The notes beneath the pieces were generated by a model, which was not told the DNA's origin, made no database searches, and saw nothing but the letters and a program-made list of their open reading frames with translations. Positions 1 through 9,268 of a stretch of DNA of 37,869 nucleotides are shown piece by piece; position 1 is the first letter of the stretch, and each line of letters starts with the position of its first letter. Source of the stretch: an uncultured Pseudomonadota bacterium (GTDB taxonomy: Bacteria; UBA10199; JACPAL01); contig CAYWRF010000002.1 of the NCBI GenBank assembly GCA_964460495.1, forward strand, positions 1 through 37,869, given 5' to 3'. A program made the position numbers and the translations under genes.

Positions 1-532
1 CGACACAGGGGGCGTCACACCGATGGATCTGATACTGGAGGCAGGGGCGGGTCCGGTTGATCAGCTCCTGATCGGAACAGGTCCGGAGCCGGAAGTGTGT
101 TTCAATAAAATCGACCGTCTCCCGACAGGCGACGGCCGAGGAGTACGGTCCAAAGTAGCGGGAGCCGTCCTTCCGGATCTGGCGTGTGACGTAGAGCCGC
201 GGGAACCTGTCTTTGATGGAGAGCTTCAGGGAGAGGTAGCTCTTGTCGTCCCGGAGCTGGATATTGTATCGGGGCCTGTTCTTTTTGATCAGCGTATTTT
301 CAAGGAGCAGCGCCTCTTTTTCATTCTCCGTTACGACACAATCGATATCCCTGACCTTCTTCATCAGAGAGGCGATCTGGTATCGCCCCTCCCTCTTCTT
401 GCCGAAGTAATTGGAGATCCTCTTCCTGAGGTTGACCGCCTTCCCGACATACAGAACCCGACCGCTCTCATCCTTCATCAGGTAGACCCCGGGTGTTGTA
501 GGGAATTGTGACGCTTTCTCTTCGAGTCTCAT
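1..532 (-). CDS. uvrC: excinuclease ABC subunit C (UvrC), N-terminal part; gene continues beyond window start
   Basis: Minus-strand frame open from ATG (revcomp of cat 530-532) to window edge; translation MRLEEKASQFPTTPGVYLMKDESGRVLYVGKAVNLRKRISNYF...RPRYNIQLRDDKSY = GIY-YIG nuclease domain plus Cys-rich UvrC region. Absent from the supplied ORF table because it has no stop codon in the window. Confidence 0.85.
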   Translation of the reverse strand, partial: MRLEEKASQFPTTPGVYLMKDESGRVLYVGKAVNLRKRISNYFGKKREGRYQIASLMKKVRDIDCVVTENEKEALLLENTLIKKNRPRYNIQLRDDKSYLSLKLSIKDRFPRLYVTRQIRKDGSRYFGPYSSAVACRETVDFIETHFRLRTCSDQELINRTRPCLQYQIHRCDAPCV

Positions 533-556
533 GTGGGGAGTATAGTAATGGGAGTG

Positions 557-575
557 GTAAGAGGCCATCTCTTAC
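557..575. promoter_or_regulatory. hairpin GTAAGAG-gccat-CTCTTAC flanked by direct GGAGTGG repeats, between the PilZ stop and the uvrC start
   Basis: 7-bp stem; GGAGTGG at 551-557 and 576-582; no U-tract. Confidence 0.25.
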
Positions 576-586
576 GGAGTGGGGAC

Positions 587-1063
587 TTAATGAAGGTACC
601 GCGACGGCGTTCTGTCTCCGCCGATGATCCGGGACATCTGGTCAAAGACAAACTGGAGAAAGCGTTTCTTGTCCTGTTCCTCCATCGTCTTGATCACCGC
701 CCCGGTCTCGAAGCTGGTCTCCGAGATTTGGGACTGCCAGACCACCTCCCCGACCGCCCGGATCGGGATCGACTCCTCATCCTCCAGCAGGATCTCAAGA
801 TGCAGGATCGACCCGTTCTCCAGCCGATGAGGGGTCATCAGCCTCAAGCCCCCTGCGCTGATGTCGTTGCTCAGGGTCTCGGAAAATTCGCTGATTCCCC
901 CCCCGGGTCCCTCGATCGCATAGCTGACTGAAAGGGCGAGATCGAGGCGCGCATGCCTTCGTCTCTCGATATCAATGGATCGTGTTTCCACCCTCAAAGC
1001 AAACCACTTATCGGAAGGGGCGTCAAGGAGTTGCGCGGAAAAGAAAAGGTGCAGGTTCACCAC
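587..1063 (-). CDS. PilZ domain protein (c-di-GMP binding type)
   Basis: 158 aa; RRRHAR and DISAGGLRL motifs match the PilZ RxxxR / DxSxxG signature. Confidence 0.65.
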   Translation of the reverse strand: MVNLHLFFSAQLLDAPSDKWFALRVETRSIDIERRRHARLDLALSVSYAIEGPGGGISEFSETLSNDISAGGLRLMTPHRLENGSILHLEILLEDEESIPIRAVGEVVWQSQISETSFETGAVIKTMEEQDKKRFLQFVFDQMSRIIGGDRTPSRYLH

Positions 1064-1098
1064 CTGCCCCTTCCTGATTTTGTAGACGGTCTCGCTTT

Positions 1099-1455
1099 TT
1101 ACCAGCGTTGACGTCCGCCAAAGTCATCGCGGCCACGGCCACCGCCGCCACCACCACGACCGCCGCGACCACCGCCACGGCCGCCGCCAAACCCGCCCTC
1201 ACGGGGGGCCTGGGGACGCGCCTCGGCGACTGTCAGGGCCCGGCCTTCGCAATCCTTCCCGTTCAATTGGGATATTGCGTTGGTCGCCTCCTCGTCTGTC
1301 GACATCTCGACAAAACCGAAGCCCTTGCTCCGGCCCGAGTATCGATCCATGATGACTTGCGCCGACTCGACCGTTCCAGCCCCAGCAAACATCTGCTGGA
1401 GGGTCTCATCGGTTGCACTGTAGGGGAGATTCCCTACGTAGAGCTTCTTACCCAT
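1099..1455 (-). CDS. glycine-rich RNA-binding protein with a single RRM domain
   Basis: 118 aa; RNP2 LYVGNL and RNP1 KGFGFVEM; C-terminal RGG/GGRGG tail; SD AAGGAGG before ATG. Confidence 0.9.
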   Translation of the reverse strand: MGKKLYVGNLPYSATDETLQQMFAGAGTVESAQVIMDRYSGRSKGFGFVEMSTDEEATNAISQLNGKDCEGRALTVAEARPQAPREGGFGGGRGGGRGGRGGGGGGRGRDDFGGRQRW

Positions 1456-1577
1456 ACGACCTCCTTAGCTTGGGGTGCCGCGGACGCTAAAGAGGCCCAA
1501 AACCACTTCGGTACTCTTACGGCGAGCGCACTCCAAAACAGCCCGATCATCCTATCCTGTGGTAAAAAAGTCAACTG

Positions 1578-1599
1578 GAGAATCACGGGAGAATCACGG
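1578..1599. repeat. perfect tandem 11-mer GAGAATCACGG x2 abutting the -35-like TTGACT upstream of the RRM gene
   Basis: Direct repeat with 11-bp period located 3-24 bp upstream (gene orientation) of TTGACT at 1570-1575. Confidence 0.5.
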
Positions 1600-1642
1600 G
1601 TGTGGAGGGCGATAGAAAGACAAAGAGTCCCAATTTCACGGG

Positions 1643-2779
1643 TCAGGGCCTCACGCATGTCGCAACAACATCAGAGATTGTGACAGGGCAGGCGCCCACC
1701 AAGCAGGAGTCAGATTCAAGATCCTCTTCATGCGCGAAGCGGTAAAGAATCCCCCCCGCTGAATTAATAGCTATTCTGCCATCACACGAGAAGTTTCCAT
1801 TTGTGTTGATCAAATTCAAGGAGCCATCGACATAGCGATAGAGATTACAGGAAGAGGTTACCAGAGACAGATTCCCGGCCGATTGCAAGACAACCAGGTA
1901 CAAATCTCCGGTCGTCTCATCAATGACGGAGCCTCGAATGCAACCTCCATTCAAAGATACCGGTTCTCGAATGTCACTGCTGCCTTCACGGACGAGGAGA
2001 GAGCAGACAGGAGGGCCACCCGAAGCCGTCAAGTCAATTCCACGGTTGATAGAGATGAAAAGCCTGTCCCGAACAGAATCATAGAGAAGAAGGGTAGCTC
2101 GGTTCTCTTCTCCAATTTGTTCCCAGCTCCCGTCATTAACACGGCAAGAAATGCCGGTGTTATGGCTGATACAGGTGAAAGGATCCGATCCCTTCGAGTA
2201 AGCGACAGCACTCTCTCCACGAAAATTGGTCGAAGCAGGTGAAATATCCTCCCAATCCCGCTCCGGCTTCTTTCGATAAAATCCAGATTGATAATTGGCG
2301 TTCAGACAGTTGGCATACAAAATATTCGTGTCCTTATCTAAGGTAGGAGTTCTGCAACCAAATGGCTGGCTCCCCGATGCGAGACTGGTCGCTGTTTTTT
2401 CGGAGAGGTCGAGTTCGACAATATCCGTCGAGGAGCCGAATAAATTCGATGTGCCGAAATAGAGCCTTGACCCCGAGGCGTCAAGGATCGCAGATTTTAT
2501 TGATTGCCCCTCCTCCCCCTCATATTCATACACCGTATCCCAATGACCGTCTCCACGGGTGCGGAAGATCTTGCGGCCAGCGACGTGGTACAAGAGGTCA
2601 CTTGTTCCATCGAACAGGAGAATCCCGTCGGTTAGACCTTGTTCAGCGACAGAAAGACTCCTGTTTGAATCGGCGTTATCGCAGAGGTTCGAAGCGGCAG
2701 AAGGAATGGGACCGGGTAGCCGATCTGCGTCTTTGCAGCCCAGGAATGAAAGCAGGATGAATAGTAATAGTTTTTTCAC
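1643..2779 (-). CDS. Cys-rich predicted lipoprotein, possible BNR/Asp-box-like beta-propeller; function unknown
   Basis: Best start is GTG at 2779, giving MKKLLLFILLSFLGC (lipobox LGC). The GTG overlaps the TGA stop of the upstream giant ORF (GTGA). Two DGxW motifs (RGDGHW, NDGSW). The supplied ORF begins at TTG 2797, inside the upstream gene. Confidence 0.7.
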   Translation of the reverse strand: MKKLLLFILLSFLGCKDADRLPGPIPSAASNLCDNADSNRSLSVAEQGLTDGILLFDGTSDLLYHVAGRKIFRTRGDGHWDTVYEYEGEEGQSIKSAILDASGSRLYFGTSNLFGSSTDIVELDLSEKTATSLASGSQPFGCRTPTLDKDTNILYANCLNANYQSGFYRKKPERDWEDISPASTNFRGESAVAYSKGSDPFTCISHNTGISCRVNDGSWEQIGEENRATLLLYDSVRDRLFISINRGIDLTASGGPPVCSLLVREGSSDIREPVSLNGGCIRGSVIDETTGDLYLVVLQSAGNLSLVTSSCNLYRYVDGSLNLINTNGNFSCDGRIAINSAGGILYRFAHEEDLESDSCLVGACPVTISDVVATCVRP

Positions 2780-5700
2780 ATCCTCACCAAACTGCAACCA
2801 CCAATCCCGACAAACTGGTAACGGTCGCCCTGGAGATCTCCCGACTCATCGGTCGCAGACGGTATTTCTGAGCCGACATCCGATGAAGCGGGAACGTCCT
2901 CTTCTTCTGTATCCGAGACAGACTCCAGCGTCGGCGTCTCCTGATTATTCGGTGTTGCCTCCAGTGTCGGCACCAAATTCCCTCCTACACCGGTATCATC
3001 GTAGACCTTCTCCGGTTCCGGTGAACTCCCCTTCAGTACCACGATGGTATTGACCCCTACAACGGTATTGGAGAGAACGCGGAGCGTCGCGTCATACTGC
3101 GCCGGTTCATTTGGAGCGAAGCGTACGGTCAAGCTTGCCGATTCTCCGGGAAGAACCGTCACAGAGGAGGGTCCTGCCGTAAAGGCAGATCGGCTGATCT
3201 CAAGACCAGTGACTTCCAACGGCTCATTGCCGTCATTCTGGATAGAGAAGATCCGTTCCGTTGAATCCCCCATCGCAACGGACCCGAAGTCGATTTCTGA
3301 CGTGGAAAGATGAAGTTCGGAATAAAAGGCATTCAAGACAACGACATGCACCGAATCGGTCGCGCTGTTTCCGGTCTGATCGGTGACGGTGACAAGGAAC
3401 TTCAGGAGTGTGTCAGCGGTCACGGAAGGTGCGGTAAAGACCGGTGTGGCAGAGGTCGGATCGTCCAGGGTGACCGTGGGGCCTTCCAGCTGCCTCCATT
3501 CAAATGTGAGGGTATCTCCCTCATTCGGATCGCCGCTGGCCGTTGCATCCAGGATGGTTGAAAAGCCCTCATCGGCACTCTGATCCGGACCGGCATCGGC
3601 CCTGGGGGCAAGTGCCCCATTCACGACGATGATGCTGACATCCTGACTGACGCTGTTTCCGTCCCGATCAGTTGCCGTCACGGTCAAGGTATGACTCCCC
3701 AGCGGCAATGTGACACCTAACGAATGGCCAGTTCCTAAGGGGCCCTCCAGGTCCGACTCCCACTGGATCGAATCGTCGGGGATGGGCCCATCCTCCGGAT
3801 CAAACGCCTCTGCCTCCAGGGTCACATTCGTTCCATTGAAGATGGTTTGCCCTTCTGCCGGTGATAGGATGACGAGCCTAGGGGGCTTTGAGGTAACACG
3901 AAAAGGCTGGGAATCGACCGAGGTCGTGTTGAAACCATCGGTCACGACGACCCGGACGACCGCGCGATCGCTTCCACCCAGTTTCGCTGTGTCGTACTGG
4001 AGGGAGGCTTGGTGCAACTCAACGCCAATCGTCTCAAATACCTCCCCCCCATTGATACTGTACAGCACCGAATAGCTTAATCGGTCACCATCTTCATCGG
4101 TTGCCGTCCATGCGACGTTCAGCATCCCCTGAACGAGACCTCCACCCTGAGGAGAGGTGAGGGTCACAACCGGTGCGTGATTCGTTTTGGATCGTTCAGC
4201 GATAACCTGCCCCCCTCTGATAAGCTGGATCTTTTCTACCCCCTCCAGATCCGGCAAGATCAGGTTAAAGGTAAAGGTTTTCTCATTGTTTCCCTCAAAG
4301 CCGGTCATCCCTCCCGCATCGACAAGCGGAAATTCAAAGATAAGATTGCCGCTTGCATCGATCGCGCGGACCAAGACAGAGTTTCCCTCCGAGGTTTCTT
4401 CAACAGAATCCGGTATGGAATCAGTTTGATAGATCGGCTGGATCTCTCCAGCCCCTTCGGGAGAGATCGAGCCGGCTACGAGCAGCGAGGGAATCGTTGC
4501 GACGCCGGTGCAGTTAAGGATGTGCCCACAGCCGCGGGCATTGGCGGGATCAGCAAGACGGGACCTCAGACGTTCAAAGAGAAACTGGTAGCGTTGCGGA
4601 TGGACCCATCGACGGTAATTGCCGGACTGTGACGGGTTAGTCGGCTTATAGGCCATGAAATCGATAGCTCCCGAACCGGGACAATTCGCAAGATTTGAAG
4701 AAGTGCAGGTAGACCAGTCAGCGGCTGACACTGGCAGGATCGTTTCTTTTTCCTCGGTATCAAAACCGACTTCAGAAATGGTTCCCATGTCGGTGGTGTG
4801 GTTGTCAGTATAACCACCGGGGCAATGTTCGCCAACAGACTTATGGGTATGACAGAGGCCGTAGGTATGGCCGATCTCATGGGCAAACATCTGCTCCGCG
4901 TCTGTCGGGTTGGACATGCCCATGCCGACTCTGCCGGGGATATCCTCGGCCCAACCTGATGCTGAATAATCAAATGGATACCAACCAAAGGTACGATCAG
5001 GTGGGGTGACATTACCAAGATGGGAGGCAAAGAAAAGTACCACCAATACCTTCTTATAATTACCGAGGGTAATGTCCCAGCCTACGGCTAGCGGAGGACG
5101 ACGGACATAGGTGATGCCGGAGAGCGGAAAGATCTTCTTGAAAAGCTTTGTCCCGTCCACCATGGCGGATACAGATGGAAGGGGACGGCCCAAAATTGAA
5201 AGAGGAATATAGTGAATTCTCGGCTGATAGTTGTTCCAAAACGTGGACGACCAGGCAAACAGATTATTTTGGTAATCACTCTCCAGATGACGGGCGACTC
5301 GAGCCCCAGTCGCCGGATTGATCTCTAGCCGGAATTCCACATTGACGGAGTCCGAACACGATCCGCACTGGGTCATATAGCCCGGCACGTGGAAGTTAAG
5401 CGTGTGGTTGACGGTTCCCCTGTCCGGATTGGGGACGACGTCGATCGGGCCGTTTTGCGATTGCAAGGGGGAGCCGTAAACCTCGTTTCCCGAACGAAAG
5501 ACGCGTAGAATCCCATCAACATTACGGATCGTATCATCGTCCATCGGCGCCATCCCGCCAAAGCTGTTTTGCCCGGCAAAGAGCTCTGCGTCGATAAAGA
5601 CCCGCACCTCGGTCGGTTTGCTCGCAACAAGGGGAAGGCTGTTATCGGTGGTTTGTATCGCCTGCGTCACCTCGAAATTCGAGACAGTCAAATCAAGTGC

Positions 5701-7656
5701 CGAGATCCCACGGCCGGCTAATGAGATCGTGCGAACAGGGAGATAGTAATCGTTGGAATATATCGTTAGCGCACCGCTCTGATCGCCAATGGCAGTCGGA
5801 CGGTAACGGACCTGTAACGTTCTTTCAGTGGCGGGGGGGACCGTAATGGTGGTACTGAGGGGGCTAAAGGCAGGGTGATTACTCTCTACATTTGAAATGG
5901 TGAGGGACTCGCCCCCATTGTTCTGAATAACGAGGGGGAGATCCAGTATCCCTGCATTACTCAGGTTACGAGGATCAACAGCGACGTTCTCGAAGTTGAG
6001 GGAATCAACGACGGAGATGCGCGGTGTAACACCTCGGCCTGTCAAGCCGATTGTGAGGCTCGGCAACTGCGGATCGTTACTCCTCACGATCAGATCCCCG
6101 CTCAAAGTCGTCTCTGAGGTCGGTGCGAAGCGAACCTCAAAGTCCTGAGAACCGCCGCCTGGTGCGATGGAAACAGTCGAGGGAGAGGCAGTTACGGCAG
6201 TCGACGGTGAAATAAAGCTCGTGATCGTCAATGTCGACGTCCCGTTGTTGGCAAGGTTCAAGACACGGCTGAGCGAGCCGCCCAGGTGAATGTCTCCCCA
6301 CGAGAGATTGAGTGTAGAGGGGTTGACGGAAGGTGAAACCCCCGTCCCCCTCAATGCAATGTTTGGAGAGGAGTTCGAGGGGTCATTCGAGTTCAGTGAC
6401 AAGTTATCCGTCTGGAAACCATTGACGGTAGGATTAAAATTCACCTGCACCGTCGCGGACTGACCCGGACTCAATGAGGTCACCGAGGGGCCTGTGAAGG
6501 AGAAGGCCCCGCCTGCCATCTGAAAGGAGCTTAGGTTGAGCGTGTTCGAAAAGGTGTTGTTGAGATTGGAAATCGTGATTGTTGTCGTGCGTACCTCCCC
6601 CAATGGGGTTGACCCGAAATTGTAACTCCCCGGAGCAATCTGGAGATAGGGTGCCACTCCTGTAACGCTCAGACCTAACGGGATTGTTGGTACATCCGGA
6701 TCGTTGCTGTCAATGGTCACCTGCCCGGTGAAATCACCCCTCGCTGAGGGTATTGCATTGATTGTAAACGACTGGGCGCTGCCGGGACCGACGCTCAACG
6801 AAGTCCCCGAGAGACTGAAAGGAGCGGAAATGTCAAGGCTCCCGGTCAGCGTCGCATCACCGACATTGCTGACCGACAAGATCCTCGATGAGGAACTATT
6901 GACCTGGAGCTGTCCAAAATCAAAGTCGGTGACATTCGTGGTGATATTTGGCTGGGGTTGATAGCCGACCCCCGCCAGAGAGACCTGAGGAATGGATACA
7001 AAGGCGCTCGAGAAACTGACGTTTCCGGAAAAGATGCCACCGGAGCCAGGGGCAAAGGTTACTGTAAATGACTGGGACCCTCCGGCGCCGATACCAAACG
7101 ATTGGGGAGAGACACTAAATGCCGAGCTCGAAGAGGCACTGCCTGCAAGCATCCCGCCGCCAGTGTTTCTCAACGTGAACGACCGTGTGGTGGAACCACC
7201 CACCGTCACGCTGCCGAAATCCAGGGTATCGGCACTGAGTGCTGGAACCGGTGTGGGTGGCGGAAGGCCCGATCCCGAAACTGAAACGGAGTCTGAACGC
7301 ATGCCACCGGTGAAACTGACCGTCATTGTTCCTGAATAGGTGACTGCAGAGGCAGGAGAGAAGGTAATCGTGACATCAACAACCTGTGCGTTCTCGATGG
7401 TAAACGTCGAGGGATTTGCCGAGAATCCGGGAGGGACCGAGATCGTGGCGACGACGGGTGAAGGGTAGACACAGCTCCCCAGATAACGGATGGTTGCTGT
7501 TCTGGTGGCCTGGCTTCCGACGATGACACTCCCGAAGCTGTAAGAAGAGGCGGTAAAACCGCCGGAGGGCTGGATGCAGAGAAAGGCCTCGCCCCGACCG
7601 GAGTGAAGGAAGAACAGAACGAACAGAAAGAAAATTTTTTTGCCCCAGCTCGACAC
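2776..7656 (-). CDS. giant secreted multidomain protein: signal peptide, repeated ASH/choice-of-anchor-D-like Ig domains, metzincin zinc-protease core (HEIGHTYGLCH), PKD/Big-like domains
   Basis: 1626 aa; GTG start with SD GGAAGGG; N-terminal signal peptide; repeats of the LxFGSVxVGxSxTxxFTLxNTG type; HExxHxxGxxH motif; AGPDQ...FEWRQLEGP...FTAP PKD-like segment and TATDEDGD / TATDRDG Big-like segments. Confidence 0.85.
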   Translation of the reverse strand: MSSWGKKIFFLFVLFFLHSGRGEAFLCIQPSGGFTASSYSFGSVIVGSQATRTATIRYLGSCVYPSPVVATISVPPGFSANPSTFTIENAQVVDVTITFSPASAVTYSGTMTVSFTGGMRSDSVSVSGSGLPPPTPVPALSADTLDFGSVTVGGSTTRSFTLRNTGGGMLAGSASSSSAFSVSPQSFGIGAGGSQSFTVTFAPGSGGIFSGNVSFSSAFVSIPQVSLAGVGYQPQPNITTNVTDFDFGQLQVNSSSSRILSVSNVGDATLTGSLDISAPFSLSGTSLSVGPGSAQSFTINAIPSARGDFTGQVTIDSNDPDVPTIPLGLSVTGVAPYLQIAPGSYNFGSTPLGEVRTTTITISNLNNTFSNTLNLSSFQMAGGAFSFTGPSVTSLSPGQSATVQVNFNPTVNGFQTDNLSLNSNDPSNSSPNIALRGTGVSPSVNPSTLNLSWGDIHLGGSLSRVLNLANNGTSTLTITSFISPSTAVTASPSTVSIAPGGGSQDFEVRFAPTSETTLSGDLIVRSNDPQLPSLTIGLTGRGVTPRISVVDSLNFENVAVDPRNLSNAGILDLPLVIQNNGGESLTISNVESNHPAFSPLSTTITVPPATERTLQVRYRPTAIGDQSGALTIYSNDYYLPVRTISLAGRGISALDLTVSNFEVTQAIQTTDNSLPLVASKPTEVRVFIDAELFAGQNSFGGMAPMDDDTIRNVDGILRVFRSGNEVYGSPLQSQNGPIDVVPNPDRGTVNHTLNFHVPGYMTQCGSCSDSVNVEFRLEINPATGARVARHLESDYQNNLFAWSSTFWNNYQPRIHYIPLSILGRPLPSVSAMVDGTKLFKKIFPLSGITYVRRPPLAVGWDITLGNYKKVLVVLFFASHLGNVTPPDRTFGWYPFDYSASGWAEDIPGRVGMGMSNPTDAEQMFAHEIGHTYGLCHTHKSVGEHCPGGYTDNHTTDMGTISEVGFDTEEKETILPVSAADWSTCTSSNLANCPGSGAIDFMAYKPTNPSQSGNYRRWVHPQRYQFLFERLRSRLADPANARGCGHILNCTGVATIPSLLVAGSISPEGAGEIQPIYQTDSIPDSVEETSEGNSVLVRAIDASGNLIFEFPLVDAGGMTGFEGNNEKTFTFNLILPDLEGVEKIQLIRGGQVIAERSKTNHAPVVTLTSPQGGGLVQGMLNVAWTATDEDGDRLSYSVLYSINGGEVFETIGVELHQASLQYDTAKLGGSDRAVVRVVVTDGFNTTSVDSQPFRVTSKPPRLVILSPAEGQTIFNGTNVTLEAEAFDPEDGPIPDDSIQWESDLEGPLGTGHSLGVTLPLGSHTLTVTATDRDGNSVSQDVSIIVVNGALAPRADAGPDQSADEGFSTILDATASGDPNEGDTLTFEWRQLEGPTVTLDDPTSATPVFTAPSVTADTLLKFLVTVTDQTGNSATDSVHVVVLNAFYSELHLSTSEIDFGSVAMGDSTERIFSIQNDGNEPLEVTGLEISRSAFTAGPSSVTVLPGESASLTVRFAPNEPAQYDATLRVLSNTVVGVNTIVVLKGSSPEPEKVYDDTGVGGNLVPTLEATPNNQETPTLESVSDTEEEDVPASSDVGSEIPSATDESGDLQGDRYQFVGIGGCSLVRM

Positions 7657-7694
7657 TGAATGATGCCCTTCCTATTCCCCGCAAAGATTTCATG

Positions 7695-7710
7695 AGCAAT
7701 TTGTATGCCA
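7695..7710 (-). promoter_or_regulatory. candidate sigma54 (-24/-12) promoter for the giant protease operon
   Basis: Minus strand reads TGGCAT-acaaa-TTGCT with exact GG/GC spacing against consensus TGGCAC-N5-TTGCW; sits 40-55 nt upstream of GTG 7656 with the SD in between. Confidence 0.55.
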
Positions 7711-7808
7711 TTCGGGACGGTCTGTTTTGATTCCGGAAATAAGATGAAAAAACAAAAGGAAACTGGCCTCTTATGCTGAAATCGGTTTTTTTGGTCTCCG
7801 AGGACGGG

Positions 7809-7822
7809 GCAACTTTGATTCA
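7809..7822. promoter_or_regulatory. candidate enhancer (UAS) site GTTCGAAATCCGGA about 100 bp upstream of the sigma54 -24 element
   Basis: The 14-mer TCCGGATTTCGAAC is identical (reverse-complemented) to the repeat at 20417-20430; a partial copy ATTTCCGGAA lies at 7732-7741. Confidence 0.4.
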
Positions 7823-7891
7823 GGGACCGTTCGAAATCCGGAATCAGCGAGTCTATTTTTCGGACGGTCAGGACTTGGCGGGCCAATAGAG

Positions 7892-9247
7892 TTATGAGAA
7901 AGGCTCTTCAAGCCTGTTATTCCAGAGGAATTTGCGTGTCATCTCGACAGTGACGCCGCTCAATGCGATCAGGGAGATAAGGTTCGGTATCGCCATAAGG
8001 CCGTTCGCGATATCGGCGAATGACCAGACGAGGGGGAGTGTTGCAACCGAACCTACCATCACGGCGGCGACCCAGAGGATCCGGTACGGGAGGATCACCC
8101 GATGCCCCAGGAGGTACTCCGCCGCCTTTTCGCCATAATAGGACCAGCCGAGGATTGTTGAGAAGACAAAGGTCAGGAGACCGAGGGTCAGGGCCGCGGG
8201 ACCGATAACAGGGAGATGGCTGAAGGCCGCCTTGGTCAGCGCCGCCCCTTTGAGGCCCTCCTGCCAATCGCCGGCGCTTACAATCACAAGACCGGTCATA
8301 GCGCAGACCACAACGGTGTCCCAGAAGGTGCCGGTCGAAGAGACGAGGGCCTGTCGGACCGGGTTACGGGTCTGGGCTGCTGCCGCTACAATCGGGGCGC
8401 TCCCCATCCCCGATTCGTTGGAAAAGAGCCCCCGCGCCACACCAAAACGGATCGCCTCCTTCATGCCGGCCCCCAGAAAACCGCCCACCGCCGCCTGTCC
8501 TGTAAATGCCGAATGGATGATCGTCTGAAGAGAGGGGAGGATCTGATCGGCATGCATCATCAGGATGACGGCACAGCCGGCCACATAAGAAATCGCCATA
8601 AAGGGGACAAGCCCCTCGCAGACACGGGCGATTGAACGGATCCCGCCGAGGATCACAAGTGCGGTCAAGGCGGTCATCACGACCCCGGTTGCCCAGGGAG
8701 AGACATGAAAGGTCTCGGTCATCATCTGGGCAATCGAATTCGCCTGGACCATGTTCCCGATCCCGAAGCCGGCTATCGCCGTGAAGAGGGCAAAGAGGAC
8801 CCCGAGCCACTTCAGTTTAAGTCCGCGCTCGAGGACGTACATCGGGCCCCCGGACATCGAGCCGTCCGGATTCCGGACACGAAAACAGACAGAGAGGAGC
8901 GCCTCCGCGTATTTTGTCGCGATTCCGAAGACGCCTGTCAGCCACATCCAGAGGATCGCCCCCGGCCCCCCGGCAGAGACCGCTGTGGCGACCCCGACGA
9001 TGTTTCCCGTCCCGATCGTCGCCGCAAGCGCGGTGGTCAGGGCGCCGAACTGGCTGATATCCCCCTCTCCCTCGGTTTCCCGTCTGAGCGAAATCCGGAT
9101 CGCCCGTCCCAGATACCTTTGGATAAAACGGAGACGGACCGTGAGGAAGAGGTGGGTACCGATGAGGAGTATGAGGAGAGGTGGCCCCCAGACCCAATCA
9201 CTTATCTTTGAGAGAGAGACCTCAAGGGACTGGAGAAGTGTCGGCAC
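7892..9247 (-). CDS. sodium:alanine symporter family (AGCS) transporter
   Basis: 451 aa polytopic membrane protein; GTG start; typical AGCS sequence (…GGPGAILWMW…, …FSNESGMGSAPI…). Confidence 0.88.
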   Translation of the reverse strand: MPTLLQSLEVSLSKISDWVWGPPLLILLIGTHLFLTVRLRFIQRYLGRAIRISLRRETEGEGDISQFGALTTALAATIGTGNIVGVATAVSAGGPGAILWMWLTGVFGIATKYAEALLSVCFRVRNPDGSMSGGPMYVLERGLKLKWLGVLFALFTAIAGFGIGNMVQANSIAQMMTETFHVSPWATGVVMTALTALVILGGIRSIARVCEGLVPFMAISYVAGCAVILMMHADQILPSLQTIIHSAFTGQAAVGGFLGAGMKEAIRFGVARGLFSNESGMGSAPIVAAAAQTRNPVRQALVSSTGTFWDTVVVCAMTGLVIVSAGDWQEGLKGAALTKAAFSHLPVIGPAALTLGLLTFVFSTILGWSYYGEKAAEYLLGHRVILPYRILWVAAVMVGSVATLPLVWSFADIANGLMAIPNLISLIALSGVTVEMTRKFLWNNRLEEPFS

Positions 9248-9268
9248 CAGGGATCTTTTATGTTCAAT

